From Pseudovirgaria hyperparasitica (taxonomy: Eukaryota), in the NCBI GenBank assembly GCA_010093815.1, contig ML996567.1: a stretch of 64,000 nucleotides of DNA, one strand, 5' to 3'. Shown piece by piece: positions 60,283 through 64,000 of the stretch. The first letter of the stretch is position 1; each line of letters opens with the position of its first letter. The position numbers and the translations under genes were made by a program. The notes below the pieces were generated by a model. That model saw only the letters and a list, made by a program, of their open reading frames with translations. It was not told the origin of the DNA and did no database searches.

Positions 60283-63200
60283 ATGGCCTCACTTCGGTCG
60301 CTAGGAGCTCACACTCCTTCAGCTCTCCCCTACCTAGTCGGCGAATCGATCCTTAACGAAGATGCCTCGCAGAAAGACTACCAGTGGGAGACATACACCT
60401 ATCAGTCAGGGGACCACTGGGTAACCGAAGAGCTAGTATGGACAGACTATCGTGTCGTATGGTCTCAGGGAGGGGTAGTACAAAAGACCTTCGACTTTGA
60501 GATTGAGAAGCAAAAAGTCGTTCAGTCGGTCTTGACTTGGTTCGCCACTGATGATGCTGCTTTCGTGAGTAGTGAGCCATCGAATATACCAGGAAAAGAG
60601 GAGCAAGAGGAAAGACTTTCAAGGCCAGGGAGACATGCGACCCACACAAACTGTACATCCAGCACGATATACGGTAGTCATGACCAGGCAACCAACCACC
60701 ATCGAGAAACACTGCCAGAAACTCGCTCTCGTGCTCTGGTTGTTTTTTTGAAGTTTCAAGCCCATCTTTTCTTCCTCCGAGGCTCGACCCATGTCGTGAA
60801 CTTGCCGTTCGAAGTCGAAAAGGTGCATGCAACTCCTTATGGCCTCCTACTACAGAGACGCCTACCCCCCGAGAAAGGCGTTGTTACAACGCCATCTTTG
60901 CCTTTAGCGCCGAATACTACCTTTGTATCATCTCAACTGTTCAGTCAACCGACTTTCAGACTGTCGACCTCGATTGGGCAATCCTTCGTTGCCACCAAGA
61001 AAGGTCGTCGAATTAGTCGAAACGCAGCCAATGGTAGACTCCTCGAAGATATTCTGAAAAGTGCAGAAACTCCAGTGGTCGACACCGTCCCGCGATTGTT
61101 CTCATTTACCGATCCATTGTCTGAACTGGGACTCGTTGTGGGCACAAATTCGAGCGCCCATTTCAACACATCGCAGTCTTCCACCGGCAATAGACGTCTG
61201 GATCCTATCGATCGTGCAGAGGAAGTCATTTACGTATCTCAAGACGATGAACTGGCCCACACAACTACCCAACACCTTCCATTGATCCTAGTGGTCACTT
61301 CTAATATTCAGAGCAGAACCTTTACAATATGGAATGCATCTTACTCTGCCGCAACCTCCATCTCGGGGAGGAAGAAGCGAAGAACATCGTCCTTATCCGC
61401 CAAAAAGACACGGCGACGAAGCTCGTACGGTCCAGGTACTGGCACCGGGACGACAACACCCGGTGTACGAACAAGGGACGCCATACGGACAGAATCTGGT
61501 GCACAGGACCCCTCGAAGCCACTTACAAGGTCACAGAAGCATGCTATGGTACCGAGAGCAGAAATAACGAGCAAGAAGGAGGCAGAAGCAGCCTTTGCAT
61601 CTCAGTTAGATCCCGATTACAGTCTGTCACAGCAGCCGCCCAAAGACTCGCGGCGTGTCAGCTCTTTACTTTCCCGGGGGGACGTCGGGACAAGCTTCGA
61701 TCACACTCCTTTCCAAGACCTTGCGGCACATGCAAGCTTTGGTGCTGGACAGAAGCGTGGTCCCTCCTTTGGGGGCCCTGCGGATCGGATGAGCTTTGGT
61801 GCATCACAAAGGCAGCTCCGCGCATCTACTCCTGGGAGCATTGCTAGGCTCAGCATTGCAGAAACTGGCCCTGATACAGATGATGAAATCCTCGACGACT
61901 ACTGGGAGGAGGACTCCTCTGAACACCTTGAGTTGGAGCAGCCAATGAAAGGCCTTCGCAGAGAAGTCGTCTTGATGAGAGTTGCTGAAGTTCCCTTCGG
62001 CGGGACTGCGCCAATCTTCAGTAGCTCATTGTCTTCCAATGATGACAAAGTCAGTCTAAGCCTATCTCTTCTCTTGACTTCTTTTAGTAAATGGGTTTGC
62101 TGATGGTCATAGAATCTACCTAAGGTTTCGGTCTTGGTACCTCCTTGCACAAGAGCCATAAACGGTGAAGTCAGGCAAGATCTCTTCGTTTATGTCAAGA
62201 GGTCTTCTGACAACACTTATGCTGAGGTCCAGCTGGCCATACAACCTCGCAAGAGACGACATGACCCCCAGCAAGTGAAACCTGAGCGCTCGGAGAAGCC
62301 ACTATACGCTATGCAGCCTGTCAAAATAGCCGACAGGATCGTTGAGGGCCCTCTGGATTTGGTGAAGGTCGTAGATGGCCCTGTATCCCGCCTTATCAGT
62401 CTAGGAACAAGCTCGGACGGGGGGATCAGCCTTTCTCTATACCCCAGTGGGATGCGTCATCTGCCAGTGTTGCTACCCCTAAGTCATCTACGACTATTCC
62501 ATCCCTACGATATTCACGGCTCGTCACCTTCAACAAGAAAGACTGCTGGGCTCAAAAGGACGCTGAGCATACCAAATGCTATCCATGGGTTCTCTCATTC
62601 TGCGTCCGATGGTCGCTTTAATATTGTAGATGCCGAGGGAGTGCACCATAGATTAAGCGTAGAACTTACACCTCACGACCAACTGCTCAATACTATTATC
62701 GACTTGCTACGGTTTGTTCTACCCGAGCATGGAGCGGATCTCATTCTGTCGATCTGGTGGAGCGCAGCTCAGTCCGCCCGCAAGCGTAAAGCAGGCGATG
62801 TACATTGGATAGCGCTGGCTGCCGCGCTATTCAGTATACCACTGGTATTTGTCGAACATCGAGGCACAAAAAGTGGATCGGACCGCAACGATAACGATCA
62901 ACACGCAGTGCCACGTACTGGAGCCAAAGACGGAACTTCAGAGCTTTCCTGGGATACAATGATTTTTGTCGAAACAAAGTCGAACGAATCAGATCCAGTA
63001 GTCGAGGCGTGCTGGGGATGGACAGATCGTCTGTCTCCTCCACAAGATGATTCGAACAAGCAGCAAGCGTTTCGAAACTACATCCCTACGAGCATACAAA
63101 TCGCAAGAGAATTCAATGATTCTCCACTCGGTAAACAGGCTAATGAACTGTGGAGAGACATGTCAGTTGATAGAGACCGAGACATACGTAGTGTATACTT

Positions 63201-64000
63201 GCCCAGACTGTTTGTTGCTTTGCATTTGCTTTGCGAGGAGCAGAAATTGAACAAAGTTGCGGACCGTGAGTCTCATTCCGGTCCAAAGTATCTGACAGCT
63301 GTTATTGCGCAAATAGGCCATTGGCTTGGTTGGGACAGGTGGGGAGTTGATGATGATAGTTACTATGGCTTGGACGAGATCGTGCTTGCGGACTGGTATT
63401 TCGAAACTTGTGAGTCCAACGATTCCCTGTCTACACCCGCGGAGGAATCAGTGTGTGTGGTGCTAGTTTAAACTAACGACTTCAAGCAAACCTCAATTTA
63501 GTTGGCATACCATGTTCGCCTTGGGAGTCTCCTCCGTCCATATTGTCATGGATCGAGAAGGTATCCTCTATGCAGAGTTTTGTGCCGTTTCCCCTACTCG
63601 ATAAGCTTGTTGACGATATTCCGGAGGAGGATCCCTGGGAATTCACACAAACTAGTATTGCCAAAATAACGCCTCGAACTCACGCCTTGTCTGGATTCTT
63701 CCGCAACGCGCACGCAGAGCGCGCAAACGACTCTACGGAGCGGGTCGAGCTTTTGATGCGTAATGGTATCGATACTAAAATGCTTGAAACTTTGCCCGAG
63801 TGTGCAGTCGCACCTTTGAGGGAGGCGATAGTATCGTGTCAATCAGCTCCGCCAACAACGTGGTCCAACTCTCTCCTTCATTTGATCGGCAGGGATGATC
63901 TTGGAAGTATCGCCACAATCGAACGCGAATGGAAGCACAGCCAGCCACCGATTCCAGTAAGCCCTGCATCGCTGAAGATGTCGGAATACCTGCTGATCTT
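60283..64000 (+). CDS. APC1: Anaphase-promoting complex subunit 1 (BimE), 5' part, runs off the window
   Basis: MASLRSLGAHTPSALPYLVGESIL; VVWSQGGVVQKTFDFEIEKQKVVQSVLTWF; HVVNLPFEVE; PRLFSFTDPLSELGLV; RRVSSLLSR; LHLLCEEQKLN. Introns ~62050-62112 and 63410-63486. Confidence 0.9.

Overview
Eukaryotic DNA from a filamentous ascomycete (Pezizomycotina): short GT-AG introns with CTRAY branch sites, and strong repeat-induced point mutation (RIP) in repeats. Bases 1-45.9 kb and 57.4-64 kb are gene-dense. They encode PDI, a YMC1-like mitochondrial carrier, prefoldin 3, mitochondrial ribosomal protein S2, the blue-light receptor WC-1, a Ras-like GTPase, a SprT/GCNA-like protease, mitochondrial intermediate peptidase, a GH47 mannosidase, a rhomboid, DHH1, a small secreted Cys-rich protein, a spliced trypsin/V8-fold pseudo-protease not recoverable from the ORF track, a GH18 chitinase, eIF2A, a heme-thiolate peroxygenase, NUP37 and the 5' part of APC1/bimE. 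The AT-rich block at 45,880-57,426 resolves into a nested mobile system. The outer element is a ~3.5-kb IS630/Tc1-type DD34E DNA transposon with ~96-bp TIRs that are almost untouched by RIP. It sits at an AT rather than the canonical TA target and carries a second, convergent ~590-codon gene with a Cys/His motif. That second gene is split by an 8,043-bp Ty3/Gypsy chromovirus (238-bp LTRs, AGTAG TSD, -1 frameshift signal, self-priming-type PBS). The chromovirus itself carries an antisense, intron-containing accessory gene with a Zn-cluster-like motif. All translations inside the TE block are manual back-corrections of RIP transitions and are inferences. No database searches were run.
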